Sequence record: ON528738
Origin: Shigella phage ESh28
Direction: 5' to 3' (one strand)
Length of the DNA: 64,000 nt
Positions 19,457 through 30,097 of the stretch are shown here, in pieces. A program made the position numbers and the translations under genes. Positions within the stretch are counted from its first letter, which is position 1; each line of letters starts with the position of its first letter. The notes beneath the pieces are model-generated. The model was not told the origin of the DNA. It was given only the letters and a program-made list of their open reading frames with translations, and did not search any database.

Positions 19457-19687
19457 TTAAAAGCTTTCTTCTACTTCATCGTCTGAATCTTCTAATTCAG
19501 CTCTTTTTCCTGCCAAAGCATCTCTGACTGAGATGTCATCAGTATCTTTTAATTCAGTTTCTTTAACTCTTTTCTTATAATAAGCTTCAAGTTCTTCTAG
19601 ACCTTCTATTGTTTGACAAGAGGCAATTTTACCCATAAATTCATCAATAGAAGCTTCATAAAGAAATTGTTTAAATTCTAGTAACAT
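19457..19687 (-). CDS. uvsW.1: UvsW.1 small protein
   Basis: track ORF starts at TTG 19699; ATG at 19687 with SD GGAGA gives 76 aa, the T4 UvsW.1 length. Confidence 0.6.
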   Translation of the reverse strand: MLLEFKQFLYEASIDEFMGKIASCQTIEGLEELEAYYKKRVKETELKDTDDISVRDALAGKRAELEDSDDEVEESF

Positions 19688-19712
19688 CTTTTTCTCCAAA
19701 GGGCCGAAGCCC

Positions 19713-21224
19713 TTATAAATTAACTGTTTTCATTACGTAATTAAATTTTTCATCTGCGTAGCGCTGAATACGATCAATGCCGTGTTTTAAAAGATAGTTC
19801 AAATGAACGTATTTCTTTTTCGTATTAGCAGATTTTGGCTTGACGCCTGCGTCATCTATAAGATCCCAGACTGTTGCGATTGTTTTAGAACCATGTTTAC
19901 GTAATACGCGACCTATTGTTTGCAATACAATAATTTTAGATTTAACACCGTGTGCTAAAACAACGTGATGCAGATTTTTAACTGAAATACCAGTAGAAAA
20001 TACACCATAACTAGCTACTATAATTATTCCTTTACCGTTTTCAGCTAAGGTTTTCATTATATTGCGGGTTTCGGTATCAACTTCCCCTGATACGTAATAA
20101 ACTTTATCGTATTCATTTTTAATTAAATCGAAAATAGCTTTACCGTGCGATACGTGTTTAAACATGACAAAAGCGTTTTCATCTTTTTGCGCAAGCTTAA
20201 TAGCTAATTTAGCGATCCATTTATTTCTTTTACTAAGCCCAGTAATAATTTTTATTTCTTCTTGATAAGTTTTTCCCTTTAATTTGGTAGTGAACTCATC
20301 AGGATAACGAAGAAAAATACTATTAATTTTTAGCTCAGTTACTTGTCCATCTTCCATTAACTTAGAAGTCGTTACTGGCTTAAATATTTCACCAAACATT
20401 CCAACATACTGCATGATATTGGCTTTGCCATCACGTAATGAACCAGACAAACCGAATTTGAACATGCAGTTATTTAAACCTGATATGATAGATGAAATAC
20501 TTTTTCCTGTAGCAAGATGGCATTCATCATTCATCATCATTCCAAACTGTGAGAACCATTCTTTTGGTTGTTTTACTACAGTTTGCCATGTACCAACAAC
20601 AACTGGTGCATCATTTTTATATTTATCATCTTTTGATGCTCCGCCACCAATTTTCTTTATCATTGCATGACTGAATAAACGATAGTCAACGAAGTCATCA
20701 GCCATCTGAGTTGTCAGAGCAGTTGTTGGAACAATGATAAGAATTTTACCTTCATAATTTTCCAAATAATATCGCGCAAGCAAAGCTTGAATTAACGATT
20801 TACCAGCGGATGTTGGAAGATTAAGAATTCTACGACGATTAACTAATCCTTCGAACACTGCATCTTTTTGATACCAGTGTGGTTCAATTCTTTTATTTCC
20901 TGAATAGATTTCTAATTTAGAAAGCCATTCATCAAAATCTTTTCTTGATAATTCTTCTTTTTCGTTAATTTGTGGGTCAATCCAGGCTTTATAGCCAAAG
21001 TTATCACAGAACTTTTTAATTTGCCCGACTAAGCCGAATGGAAGAAGACGATTATAATCTAACAGACGGATTCGTCCATCCCAGTGGCCATATCTGTACT
21101 TCGGATTAAAACGATACCCATCAGCTTCAAAGCTAAAGAAATCACGGAGTTCATGAAATGTACTTTCTTCACAATCAATTCTCACGTGACTAAAATCATA
21201 AAAATGTACTTTAATGTCAGTCAT
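19713..21224 (-). CDS. uvsW: UvsW DNA/RNA helicase
   Basis: 503 aa; Walker A LPTSAGKS and DExH-like MMMNDECH motifs; T4 length. Confidence 0.9.
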   Translation of the reverse strand: MTDIKVHFYDFSHVRIDCEESTFHELRDFFSFEADGYRFNPKYRYGHWDGRIRLLDYNRLLPFGLVGQIKKFCDNFGYKAWIDPQINEKEELSRKDFDEWLSKLEIYSGNKRIEPHWYQKDAVFEGLVNRRRILNLPTSAGKSLIQALLARYYLENYEGKILIIVPTTALTTQMADDFVDYRLFSHAMIKKIGGGASKDDKYKNDAPVVVGTWQTVVKQPKEWFSQFGMMMNDECHLATGKSISSIISGLNNCMFKFGLSGSLRDGKANIMQYVGMFGEIFKPVTTSKLMEDGQVTELKINSIFLRYPDEFTTKLKGKTYQEEIKIITGLSKRNKWIAKLAIKLAQKDENAFVMFKHVSHGKAIFDLIKNEYDKVYYVSGEVDTETRNIMKTLAENGKGIIIVASYGVFSTGISVKNLHHVVLAHGVKSKIIVLQTIGRVLRKHGSKTIATVWDLIDDAGVKPKSANTKKKYVHLNYLLKHGIDRIQRYADEKFNYVMKTVNL

Positions 21225-21253
21225 GTCTAAATACCATGTAATAAATATATCTA

Positions 21254-21261
21254 TATTTATA
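21254..21261 (-). promoter_or_regulatory. late promoter TATAAATA for uvsW (minus strand)
   Basis: TATTTATA on plus strand, about 30 nt upstream of uvsW ATG. Confidence 0.55.
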
Positions 21262-21274
21262 CTGAGGAAATATT

Positions 21275-21955
21275 ATGATAGATAAAGATTATATTGCAGA
21301 GCTGAAGGCTCTTGATGATAACAAAGAAGCTAAAGCTAAATTAGCTGAATATGCTGAACAGTTTGGTATAAAGGTCAAAAAGAATAAATCTTTTGATAAT
21401 ATCGTTGCTGATATTGAAGAAGCTCTCCAGAAGCTCGCTAGTGAACCTATGCCAGAGACTGATGGGTTATCTATTAAAGACTTAATCAATGCTGCTGATG
21501 CCGCAGAGGGATTAAAATATGACGATGAAGAAGTCAATCCAGAAGCAGCACTTTTGATTGATTCTCCGGTTAAATCTGACATTAAAATTGAAGTAGTAGA
21601 AACGGATAAAATTCCTGAAAATACCTCAGTTTTGATTGAAGATACTCCTTTTGTTGAAGAAAAATTCGAACAAGCTGTAGCTGAGATTATTGAATCTGAA
21701 AAGCCGTCTGTATTTACTCTTCCGGAAAACTTTAGTCCGAATCTTCAGCTGATTGGAAAAAATCCAGGATTCTGCACTGTTCCTTGGTGGATTTATCAAT
21801 GGATTGCTGAAACTCCTGATTGGAAATCTCACCCAACTAGTTTTGAACATGCGTCAGCACACCAAACTTTATTTAGCTTAATTTATTACATTAACCGCGA
21901 CGGATCAGTTCTAATTCGTGAAACACGCAATTCTTCTTTCGTAACATTAAAATAA
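21275..21955 (+). CDS. inh: Inh, inhibitor of prohead protease (capsid-associated)
   Basis: 226 aa equals T4 Inh; position upstream of hoc. Confidence 0.7.
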   Translation: MIDKDYIAELKALDDNKEAKAKLAEYAEQFGIKVKKNKSFDNIVADIEEALQKLASEPMPETDGLSIKDLINAADAAEGLKYDDEEVNPEAALLIDSPVKSDIKIEVVETDKIPENTSVLIEDTPFVEEKFEQAVAEIIESEKPSVFTLPENFSPNLQLIGKNPGFCTVPWWIYQWIAETPDWKSHPTSFEHASAHQTLFSLIYYINRDGSVLIRETRNSSFVTLK

Positions 21956-21964
21956 GGATAACTT

Positions 21965-23383
21965 ATGACTTTTACAGTTGATATAACTCCTAAAACACCA
22001 ACGGGGGTTATTGATGAAACCAAGCAGTTTACTGCTGCACCCAGTGGTCAAACTGAAGGTGGAACTATTACCTATGCTTGGAGTGTAGATAATGTTCCAC
22101 AGGATGGAGCTGAAGCAACCTTTAATTATGTATTAAAAGGACCTGCTGGTCAAAAGACTATTAAAGTGGTTGCAACAAATACAGTTCCAGAAGCTGAAGC
22201 TGAAACAGCTGAAATTAGTACAACTATCACAGTTCAAAATAAGACACAGACAACTACCTTAGCTGTAACTCCTAATAGTCCTCCAGAAGGAGTAATCGGA
22301 ACAGCTGTTGAATTTACTGCTGCTTTAGCTTCGCAGCCATCGGGCGCAACTGCTACGTATCAATGGTACGTTGACGATTCTCCTGTGGGCGAAGCAACTT
22401 CTGCTACATTCAATTATACTCCTACTACAAGCGGAGTTAAAAAAATTAAGTGTGTAGCTCAAGTAACTGCTGATGATTATAATGCACTGAGCGTTACTTC
22501 TAATGAAGTATCATTGACGGTTAATAAAAAGACGCAGACAACTACATTGGCAGTAACTCCTGCTAGTCCTTCAGCTGGAGTAATTGGAACCCCAGTTCAA
22601 TTTACTGCTGCCTTAGCTTCTCAACCGTCTGGAGCGTCTGCTACGTATCAATGGTATGTAGATGACTCTCAAGTTAGTGGAGAAACTAACTCTACATTTA
22701 ACTATACTCCAACTACAAATGGAGTCAAAAGAATTAAATGCGTAGCCCAAGTAACTGCTGATGATTATAATGCAAAAGAAGTTACTTCCAATGAAGTATC
22801 ATTGACAGTTAATAAGAAGACAATGAATCCACAGGTTACATTGACTCCTCCTTCTATTAATGTTCAGCAAGATGCTTCGGCTACATTTACGGCTAATGTT
22901 ACGGATGCTCCAGAAGAAGCACAAATTACTTACTCGTGGAAGAAAGATTCTTCTCCTGTAGAAGGGTCAACTAACGTATATACTGTCGATACCTCATCTG
23001 TTGGAAGTCAAACTATTGAAGTTACTGCTGTCGTTGCAGCAACTGATTATGATAGCAAAACAGTTAAAACAACAGGTCAAGTTCAAGTGACTGATAAAGT
23101 TGCTCCTGAACCAGAAGGTGAATTACCTTATGTTCATCCTCTTCCACATCGTACTTCAGCTTACATCTGGTGCGGTTGGTGGGTTATGGATGAAATCCAA
23201 AAAATGACTGAAGAAGGTAAAGATTGGAAAACTGAAGATCCAGATAGTAAGTACTACTTGCATCGTTACACTCTTCAGAAGATGATGAAAGATTATCCAG
23301 AAGTTGATGTCCAAGAATCGCGTAATGGATACATCATTCACAAAACTGCTTTAGAAACTGGTATCATCTATACCTATCCATAA
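21965..23383 (+). CDS. hoc: Hoc, highly immunogenic outer capsid protein, with extra Ig-like domain
   Basis: N-terminus MTFTVDITPKTPTGVIDETKQF and C-terminus ...IIHKTALETGIIYTYP match recalled T4 Hoc; 472 aa versus 376 aa in T4. Confidence 0.85.
   Translation: MTFTVDITPKTPTGVIDETKQFTAAPSGQTEGGTITYAWSVDNVPQDGAEATFNYVLKGPAGQKTIKVVATNTVPEAEAETAEISTTITVQNKTQTTTLAVTPNSPPEGVIGTAVEFTAALASQPSGATATYQWYVDDSPVGEATSATFNYTPTTSGVKKIKCVAQVTADDYNALSVTSNEVSLTVNKKTQTTTLAVTPASPSAGVIGTPVQFTAALASQPSGASATYQWYVDDSQVSGETNSTFNYTPTTNGVKRIKCVAQVTADDYNAKEVTSNEVSLTVNKKTMNPQVTLTPPSINVQQDASATFTANVTDAPEEAQITYSWKKDSSPVEGSTNVYTVDTSSVGSQTIEVTAVVAATDYDSKTVKTTGQVQVTDKVAPEPEGELPYVHPLPHRTSAYIWCGWWVMDEIQKMTEEGKDWKTEDPDSKYYLHRYTLQKMMKDYPEVDVQESRNGYIIHKTALETGIIYTYP
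22241..22816 (+). repeat. in-frame tandem duplication, 2 x 288 bp (2 x 96 aa Ig-like domain) inside hoc
   Basis: units 22241-22528 and 22529-22816 encode KTQTTTLAVTP...SLTVNK twice with near-identical sequence. Confidence 0.85.
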
Positions 23384-23387
23384 TCGT

Positions 23388-23414
23388 AGGGGCTTCGGCC
23401 CCTTTCTTCATTTT
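23388..23414 (+). terminator. terminator AGGGGC-TTCG-GCCCCT + T-rich tail after hoc
   Basis: GC stem, UUCG loop, TTCTTCATTTT. Confidence 0.65.
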
Positions 23415-23471
23415 GAAAGCACACAAAACACAATCAGAAAATGATGTATATAATGGCACCAACTCGATAAC

Positions 23472-23687
23472 ATGAGATTGATTATGAGAACTGAGGTTGT
23501 GGTGTTTACACTCCATGAGTCTGGAAAGTCATTCATTGAAATTGCTCGTGAATTGAACTTACAGGCAAAGGAAGTGGCTGTATTATGGGCTCGAGCTATG
23601 ACTGCTAAGAATAAATTTGAGACTCGAGAAAAAGTTGTCTATAGAAAAAGACATATCAATAAAAAGGTGAAAAATGGAACAGTATGA
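23472..23687 (+). CDS. hypothetical protein (24.3-like position)
   Basis: 71-aa ATG ORF, weak RBS. Confidence 0.35.
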   Translation: MRLIMRTEVVVFTLHESGKSFIEIARELNLQAKEVAVLWARAMTAKNKFETREKVVYRKRHINKKVKNGTV

Positions 23688-23952
23688 TCTTTATGAAAAT
23701 GAATCTTTTGCTAATCAATTACGTGAAAAAGCATTAAAAAGTAAACAGTTTAAGCTAGAGTGTTTTATTAAAGATTTTTCGGAACTTGCTAATAAAGCAG
23801 CTGAACAAGGTAAAACATATTTTAGTTATTATTGTACTGCTCGCGATAAATTGATTACTGAAGAAATTGGTGATTGGCTGAGAAAAGAAGGATTTAGCTT
23901 TAAAGTCAATAGTGATCAGCGTGATGGTGATTGGTTAGAAATTACATTTTGA
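23674..23952 (+). CDS. hypothetical protein (24.2-like position)
   Basis: 92-aa ATG ORF, SD AAGGTGA. Confidence 0.5.
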   Translation: MEQYDLYENESFANQLREKALKSKQFKLECFIKDFSELANKAAEQGKTYFSYYCTARDKLITEEIGDWLRKEGFSFKVNSDQRDGDWLEITF

Positions 23953-23961
23953 GGATTAATT

Positions 23962-24966
23962 ATGTTTAAAAAGTATAGCAGTCTTGAAAATCATTACAAT
24001 TCTAAATTCATTGAAAAACTTTATAGTTTAGGATTGACTGGTGGCGAATGGGTAGCTCGTGAAAAGATTCATGGCACAAATTTCTCATTAATTATTGAGC
24101 GTGATAAAGTAACTTGTGCTAAACGCACTGGTCCTATTCTTCCTGCTGAAGATTTCTTTGGGTATGAAATTATTTTGAAGAATTACGCTGATTCCATTAA
24201 AGCAGTACAAGATATTATGGAAACTTCAGCGGTTGTATCTTATCAAGTCTTCGGTGAATTCGCCGGACCTGGCATTCAGAAGAATGTCGATTATGGCGAT
24301 AAAGATTTTTATGTATTTGACATTATTGTTACTACAGAAAGTGGTGATGTGACTTATGTCGATGATTATATGATGGAATCATTCTGCAATACATTTAAAT
24401 TTAAAATGGCTCCACTTTTAGGTCGCGGTAAATTTGAAGAACTTATTAAATTGCCAAATGATTTAGATTCTGTCGTCCAGGATTATAATTTTACGGTAGA
24501 CCATGCTGGATTAGTTGATGCAAATAAATGCGTTTGGAATGCTGAAGTAAAAGGCGAAGTATTTACCGCTGAAGGATATGTATTGAAACCTTGTTATCCT
24601 TCTTGGATGCCTAATGGCAATCGCGTAGCTATCAAATGCAAGAACTCTAAATTTAGTGAAAAGAAAAAGTCTGATAAGCCTATTAAAGCTAAAGTTGAAC
24701 TGTCAGAAGCTGATAACAAATTGGTTGGAATTTTAGCTTGTTACGTTACACTGAACCGAGTAAATAACGTTATTTCTAAAATTGGTGAAATTGGTCCAAA
24801 AGATTTTGGAAAGGTGATGGGGCTAACTGTTCAAGATATTTTGGAAGAAACTTCTCGTGAAGGTATTACTCTAACTCAAGCGGATAATCCTTCTTTGATT
24901 AAGAAGGAATTAGTTAAAATGGTACAAGATGTACTTCGTCCGGCTTGGATTGAATTGGTAAGTTAA
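23962..24966 (+). CDS. rnlB: RNA ligase 2 (RnlB)
   Basis: 334 aa equals T4 Rnl2; motif KIHGTNFS (ligase motif I KxxG); synteny next to gene 24. Confidence 0.85.
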   Translation: MFKKYSSLENHYNSKFIEKLYSLGLTGGEWVAREKIHGTNFSLIIERDKVTCAKRTGPILPAEDFFGYEIILKNYADSIKAVQDIMETSAVVSYQVFGEFAGPGIQKNVDYGDKDFYVFDIIVTTESGDVTYVDDYMMESFCNTFKFKMAPLLGRGKFEELIKLPNDLDSVVQDYNFTVDHAGLVDANKCVWNAEVKGEVFTAEGYVLKPCYPSWMPNGNRVAIKCKNSKFSEKKKSDKPIKAKVELSEADNKLVGILACYVTLNRVNNVISKIGEIGPKDFGKVMGLTVQDILEETSREGITLTQADNPSLIKKELVKMVQDVLRPAWIELVS

Positions 24967-25000
24967 ATAAAAAGGGACCTTTCGGTCCCTTTGTTTTATT
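24963..25000. terminator. bidirectional terminator AGGGACC-TTTC-GGTCCCT flanked by T-runs on both strands
   Basis: between convergent rnlB (+) and gene 24 (-). Confidence 0.75.
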
Positions 25001-26279
25001 CATCAATGATAATTTTTGGTAGCTTAACACCTAATAAAACAGACAAATCTGAACGACCCGCCATTTTATCCATGTCTCCACCATCAATTACTCTTGCTTC
25101 TTTTTCATCTTTTGCTACAGTGTAAGGATTTGCAGATAAAGCATATCTAACTAATAAACCGATAGATGGCTGCAAACTTTCTGGATCAACTACAACTTTA
25201 AATGCACCTACATGTTCAGGGTCATCTAAGTCAAGACCTTCTGTATACGGGGCATAGAAAATTGATCCAACAATTTCTTTTTCACCAATATTTTCTACTA
25301 CGCCAACGATTACATAATCTAATGGACTGTTGGTATCGCAATAAAGCGGTAAACCATTAGCTAAGAACCCGTAGGCATTTTGTGAAAGATATTTATCATC
25401 TTCTGGTTTATGTTTTAACCAACCTGATGCAGCAAGAATCGCAGCGGCACGAGCTGAAGCAACACAGAACGTTGCTGTATAAGTTGATTCTTTTTGGATA
25501 TGTGAAACCATTTCACACACCATTCGGTATAATGAACGACCAGCTTCAGGTGCAGATGCATAACTCAAATCAATGAATCCAGTATCAGTAATTCCTGTAA
25601 CTTTATAGCGTTTTGACACTGTAATCAAAGACTGCAGAATATCTTTATTGATTTCATCTGCCATTTCGGTTGCAAGCAAATCTTCCAAGAAATTAGGAGC
25701 ATCGAATCCATTTGCTTCTAAATCTTGTGCTAATTCGACTGTGATGCCAGTTTTAAGTTTACGAGATTTAACTGCGGTTTGCCATTTATTAATCTGGAAT
25801 CTAGCATCCGCAATTTCGCTATCAGAGCTTTCAAATTTGCTTGTTACTGCAGCATCAGAAAATAGACGAACTTTTAAAAGAACAATTGCAATCTGAAGAG
25901 CTAATTCTAAATCGCTTTCTTCAATATCAGCAAATGGTGTATCTTCTAATACTTTATAAACGATATTATTATATTTGAATAAATCACCTTTATTGAGAGT
26001 TAATTTAGACTCTTCTGTTAATTCTGTGATTTGTTCTCGGTCTACATATCCAGCTTCGCCCGCATAAGTAGCACCAGTTTTAAATGTAAATTCGTTGTCT
26101 GGGTTAAGGTATTTGATACCATAAAAAGCAGCAACAGGTTGATTAGTTCTTTGCGTTGCTACAATGTCAGAATATATTAATTTAGTGGTAGCGCGAGTCA
26201 AAGCAACGAGATTTGGGCGACCGATTGAGTTGCTATTCGTTGTGGTTGATTCGCGCAGAAGTTCGTTGATTTTAGCCAT
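24996..26279 (-). CDS. 24: head vertex protein gp24
   Basis: 427 aa equals T4 gp24; paralogous to gp23. Confidence 0.9.
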   Translation of the reverse strand: MAKINELLRESTTTNSNSIGRPNLVALTRATTKLIYSDIVATQRTNQPVAAFYGIKYLNPDNEFTFKTGATYAGEAGYVDREQITELTEESKLTLNKGDLFKYNNIVYKVLEDTPFADIEESDLELALQIAIVLLKVRLFSDAAVTSKFESSDSEIADARFQINKWQTAVKSRKLKTGITVELAQDLEANGFDAPNFLEDLLATEMADEINKDILQSLITVSKRYKVTGITDTGFIDLSYASAPEAGRSLYRMVCEMVSHIQKESTYTATFCVASARAAAILAASGWLKHKPEDDKYLSQNAYGFLANGLPLYCDTNSPLDYVIVGVVENIGEKEIVGSIFYAPYTEGLDLDDPEHVGAFKVVVDPESLQPSIGLLVRYALSANPYTVAKDEKEARVIDGGDMDKMAGRSDLSVLLGVKLPKIIIDE

Positions 26280-26306
26280 TGCGCTTTCCTTTTGGTTTAT
26301 ATGATT

Positions 26307-26314
26307 TATTTATA
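26307..26314 (-). promoter_or_regulatory. late promoter TATAAATA for gene 24
   Basis: TATTTATA on plus strand 28 nt upstream of gene 24 ATG. Confidence 0.7.
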
Positions 26315-26348
26315 CCATAAAAACAACTAAAGGGACCCGAAGGTCCCT
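26315..26348 (-). terminator. terminator after gene 23 (GGGACC-TTCG-GGTCCC + T-run on minus strand)
   Basis: hairpin 26331-26348, minus-strand tail TTTAGTTGTTTTTATGG. Confidence 0.75.
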
Positions 26349-26362
26349 TAAATCGTCAAAGA

Positions 26363-27928
26363 TTAGATACCTTTAACATATACACGTCTAAAGTAAGCGT
26401 TTTTACCAAGGCTGTTCAGGATAGAAGGCATACCACTCTGAATGCGAGAAGCCGGAGCCTGAGCAGCGGATTCTGCAAATGGGTTGATACCGATACCGTA
26501 ACGAGTTTTGAATCCCATTACTGGTTGGAAGTTCTTCGGATCGGAACCACGCAGCGGAGTCAGAGCTACATATGGAGCATAGTAAATACCAGCATCCATT
26601 TCGTTCGGACCTTTATAACCTACAGTGAAATAATCCTGTTTAGCATACTGGTCGATATATACACGGTATTTACCACCCAGAACACCAGCAAATACTGACT
26701 TGGTAGTATCAGTGTTAAAGCCGGTAGCCAGACCCTGTGCAGCATAAGAAATGCCGGTATCAACTGAAGCCAGAACGTTAACTACGTTACGGGAAGCGAT
26801 AATGAAGTTACCTTCACCACGACCAGTCTGACGAGCAATTTCAACTGCTTCTTTGTCAATCTGGAACAACAGAGCTTTAAAGGATTCACCTGCCCAGCGA
26901 GCACCACGAATATCGATTGGGTCCTGGAAGTCAAATACACCAGCTTTAGAACCCGGAGTCAGGGTCATACCAGATTTACCAACCTGAGCTGAGTAGTTAA
27001 TCCAATCAACAACTTCACGGTTGATTTCCAGCATGATTTCTGTAGCCAGAATACCAGACAGTTCAGCATCAGCATCCATACCGTGAACAGCGCGGAGGTC
27101 CTGTGCTAATTCGATAGAGTAAGCAGCTTTCAGCTGGCGAGATTTAGCTTCGATAACTTGTTTATCGATACGGAAGCCCATTTCATTCCATGGGTTATCG
27201 GTAGAACCGTTGAAACCTTCCTGGAGTTCAGCGATAGAAGTAGCCATACCTTCAGCGATTTCTACCAGTACACCAGCTTCCATTTGTTTCTTAATTTCAG
27301 CATCTAATTTAGCTGCGTCAGATGCAGTAGAACTAATTGTTACTTGAGCAGAAGCCTGCAGATACACAGTACCAGTGTCCTGGAAGAAGTGAGTATAGAT
27401 ATCACCTACTGTGGTTTGTGTGCTAGCAGCCAGAGCTGTGAATTTCTTAGCAGCACCCTGACCAGAGAACATTGCATCTGGACCATACATTGGGTGGAAT
27501 GCTTCTTTAGCACCGGCAGCGATTGGGTCTTTACCGTATACTGCACGCAGTGCGAATACCTGACCGGTCGGGCTGTTCATCGGCTGAACACCACAAATAT
27601 CGAAAGCAATCAGGTTAGGAATAGCACGACGTACCATACCCATAACAGCTGGGCCAATCTGAGTTACTGCGCCAGAAGTCTGACCTGCAGCGATGTTGGT
27701 AGCATTGTAACCGTGGTCACCACCGATTTCAGCTTCTGTTAAGAAAGAACCGAATGCCTGGGCAATTTTTTCGTCTTTATATTCCGGAGCTGTCTGGAAA
27801 TCTTTTTCCTGGTTTTCAAAGATTTTAGCGATAATCGCTTGTTTGCTATTAGCAATTTCCGGTAAACCTTCACCTTCCAGTAATGGCTTCCATTTGTTCA
27901 AAAGTTCAGCTTTAGTTTTGATAGTCAT
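26363..27928 (-). CDS. 23: major capsid protein gp23
   Basis: 521 aa equals T4 gp23; N-terminus MTIKTKAELLNKWKPLLEGEG...; elevated GC typical of highly expressed T4 gene. Confidence 0.95.
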   Translation of the reverse strand: MTIKTKAELLNKWKPLLEGEGLPEIANSKQAIIAKIFENQEKDFQTAPEYKDEKIAQAFGSFLTEAEIGGDHGYNATNIAAGQTSGAVTQIGPAVMGMVRRAIPNLIAFDICGVQPMNSPTGQVFALRAVYGKDPIAAGAKEAFHPMYGPDAMFSGQGAAKKFTALAASTQTTVGDIYTHFFQDTGTVYLQASAQVTISSTASDAAKLDAEIKKQMEAGVLVEIAEGMATSIAELQEGFNGSTDNPWNEMGFRIDKQVIEAKSRQLKAAYSIELAQDLRAVHGMDADAELSGILATEIMLEINREVVDWINYSAQVGKSGMTLTPGSKAGVFDFQDPIDIRGARWAGESFKALLFQIDKEAVEIARQTGRGEGNFIIASRNVVNVLASVDTGISYAAQGLATGFNTDTTKSVFAGVLGGKYRVYIDQYAKQDYFTVGYKGPNEMDAGIYYAPYVALTPLRGSDPKNFQPVMGFKTRYGIGINPFAESAAQAPASRIQSGMPSILNSLGKNAYFRRVYVKGI

Positions 27929-27946
27929 TTGTGTTAACCTTTAAAA

Positions 27947-28756
27947 TTAGAAACGAGATGCGACTTTCGCATATACACTTACAATATCTTCTGCACCAGG
28001 TGCAGCTTTATCTTCTACAGCTTCAGTGACGAAATTCAGTCCGGCTGCTTCAGTATCAGGAGTATTTATACCCTCAGTAATAGTGCTTTCATCTTTATTA
28101 GATTTCTTCACCATTTCTACGATTGCACTCAATTTACTTGAGAATGCATCTGAATAATCCATACCTTCGACCAGAGCAGAGACTTTTTCTTTTTGAGACT
28201 CAGTCAGATCTTTAGTACTTTCGCTCAATGCCACTTCACGCTGCACATAATTGATATATGCGTCGCGCATATTGAGTTCTTCGAACAGACGAGCTGATTC
28301 TTCTTTATGTTCTTGCAGCTCTTCTTCCATTTCAGCTACAACATCAACTGATTCTTCTGGAACAACAACGTTGTGTTCAACAAAGAGCTCTTTTAATCCA
28401 CCAAGCATGGATTCAAACAGTTCGGCTTTGATACCTTTATCAACTGCTAATTTATTTTCAGCGAGCCATTCTTTCGCAAGATGGTCAATGAATTTAGAAG
28501 CTTGCTCAGCGATTTTCTTCTCAGCTTTTTCTTCGGCTTCTTCTTTATTTTTTTCTACTTCTTCTTCTGCTTTTTCAGCAATTTTAGCGATATGAGATTC
28601 AGCTAATTTAACGGCGTGCTGCTTGACGGTAGCTTCGAATACAGTGCCGAAAGTTTCTTTTGCTTCCGGAGAAATATTAACTGATTCGAAAATACTATCA
28701 AGAGCAACGGAAGCATCAATTTTCTGCGCTTCGGCAATCAGTTGTTCTTTAAGCAT
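27947..28756 (-). CDS. 22: prohead core scaffold protein gp22
   Basis: 269 aa equals T4 gp22; acidic coiled-coil composition. Confidence 0.85.
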   Translation of the reverse strand: MLKEQLIAEAQKIDASVALDSIFESVNISPEAKETFGTVFEATVKQHAVKLAESHIAKIAEKAEEEVEKNKEEAEEKAEKKIAEQASKFIDHLAKEWLAENKLAVDKGIKAELFESMLGGLKELFVEHNVVVPEESVDVVAEMEEELQEHKEESARLFEELNMRDAYINYVQREVALSESTKDLTESQKEKVSALVEGMDYSDAFSSKLSAIVEMVKKSNKDESTITEGINTPDTEAAGLNFVTEAVEDKAAPGAEDIVSVYAKVASRF

Positions 28757-28783
28757 TTTGTAGTCCTGTTGTTTAGATAATAA

Positions 28784-28791
28784 TATTTATA
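28784..28791 (-). promoter_or_regulatory. late promoter TATAAATA for gene 22
   Basis: TATTTATA on plus strand, overlaps 3' end of gene 21. Confidence 0.65.
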
Positions 28792-29425
28792 ACGCTTTTT
28801 TCATGGCCTCTGCGAGAGCCATATAGGCGTCATCGGCACTTGTATCGGCTTCCGCCGTCTGTGATTCGGTAATTTCCTTAGGAGTTACCCATGCATCTGG
28901 AGCACTTGGACCCCATACTGCATCAACACCTACAGTTAATTTGAATCCTTCGTTTACGATACGATAACCTTTATTTGTGTCAGTCAATGAACCTAATCCA
29001 CGAGAAGAAACTCCTGGAATCCATCCGGCACGAATATTAGCTGCTAATTTATCTCCAGGACCATGGTCACCTTCAATAACACGAGCTCGTCCGTATACGT
29101 CATTTCCTTTCCACCACATATCTTCTATAATGATAGCGGCTTGCATCGGGTCAACATTAGCGCGTGGAGGATGATTTAATTCTCCGAGAGCTTGTTTAGT
29201 TAAAACTTGCTCATTAATATAGTCTTTTACCGCTTTTTCTAATATACGTTTTGGATAAAGACGTTTATTTCTATTGACGACTTCCGCTTGCATGAATATT
29301 CCTTCGATGTATAAACCCGGTTTTAAACCTAAGTCTTTTCCATCATGAGATTCAAGCATTGGCACGCCATCAATAATTTCGCCAGGTTGACCCCAAGTTT
29401 CAATTAGTAATTGGGGTTCATTCAT
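28787..29425 (-). CDS. 21: prohead core protease gp21
   Basis: 212 aa equals T4 gp21. Confidence 0.9.
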   Translation of the reverse strand: MNEPQLLIETWGQPGEIIDGVPMLESHDGKDLGLKPGLYIEGIFMQAEVVNRNKRLYPKRILEKAVKDYINEQVLTKQALGELNHPPRANVDPMQAAIIIEDMWWKGNDVYGRARVIEGDHGPGDKLAANIRAGWIPGVSSRGLGSLTDTNKGYRIVNEGFKLTVGVDAVWGPSAPDAWVTPKEITESQTAEADTSADDAYMALAEAMKKAL

Positions 29426-29850
29426 TAGCTTAATCCTAATGCTTTACGGCGTTTAAGAGCTTTTTTACGCTTACGCTGAGCACGAGATTGACCTGCTGGA
29501 TTGGCAATCTTCGTTTTGGTAGCTTTACGAGCAATTTGTCTACGTTTTGCTTTAGACAGCCCAGTGGTTTGAAATGCATTTCGTTCGCGGGTTTTGCGAT
29601 CTTTAGTGCGAGTAATTTCACCACGGGCGGAAACATGTTTAACGATGAATTCATTTAACGGCATATTTTCATTAATAGAAGCTAATGCAACCGCTAAATC
29701 AGTTTCATCATCAAGCATATTCTCGACAATTGTATTTATATCGTCTTTATTTAAAGCAGAAGACAATTCGTCAAAGCGACCCTGTGCTTCAGGAATAAGT
29801 GCTTCGACATTCTCGAGAACTAATTCATGAGTTTCAGGGATCAGAAGCAT
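29425..29850 (-). CDS. 68: prohead core protein gp68
   Basis: 141 aa equals T4 gp68; basic C-terminus. Confidence 0.7.
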
Positions 29851-30097
29851 TATTCATCATCCTCGTCTTCGTCATCTTCGTCAGAGTCTTTGTCTTTTTT
29901 ATCGTCTTTATCATCACCATCTTCGTCTTCGTCATCATCCTCGTCTTCAGGTTCTTCACCTTCGATTAAGAAATTACGAGCGATAGCGATTTTTTCTTCT
30001 TTAATTAAATCAATCGTTCTTGCAGCCATGGCTTCAGCAAATAATTTACGAGCGGCTACGAGGTCGTTTGATTTAATAGCTTCAATTAAACCTTCCA

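Noticed and set aside
23413-23454. Possible sigma70-like promoter (TTGAAA ... TATAAT) before ORF 23472
   Set aside because: Spacing between the hexamers is about 30 nt, far from the 17-nt optimum; not reported as a feature.
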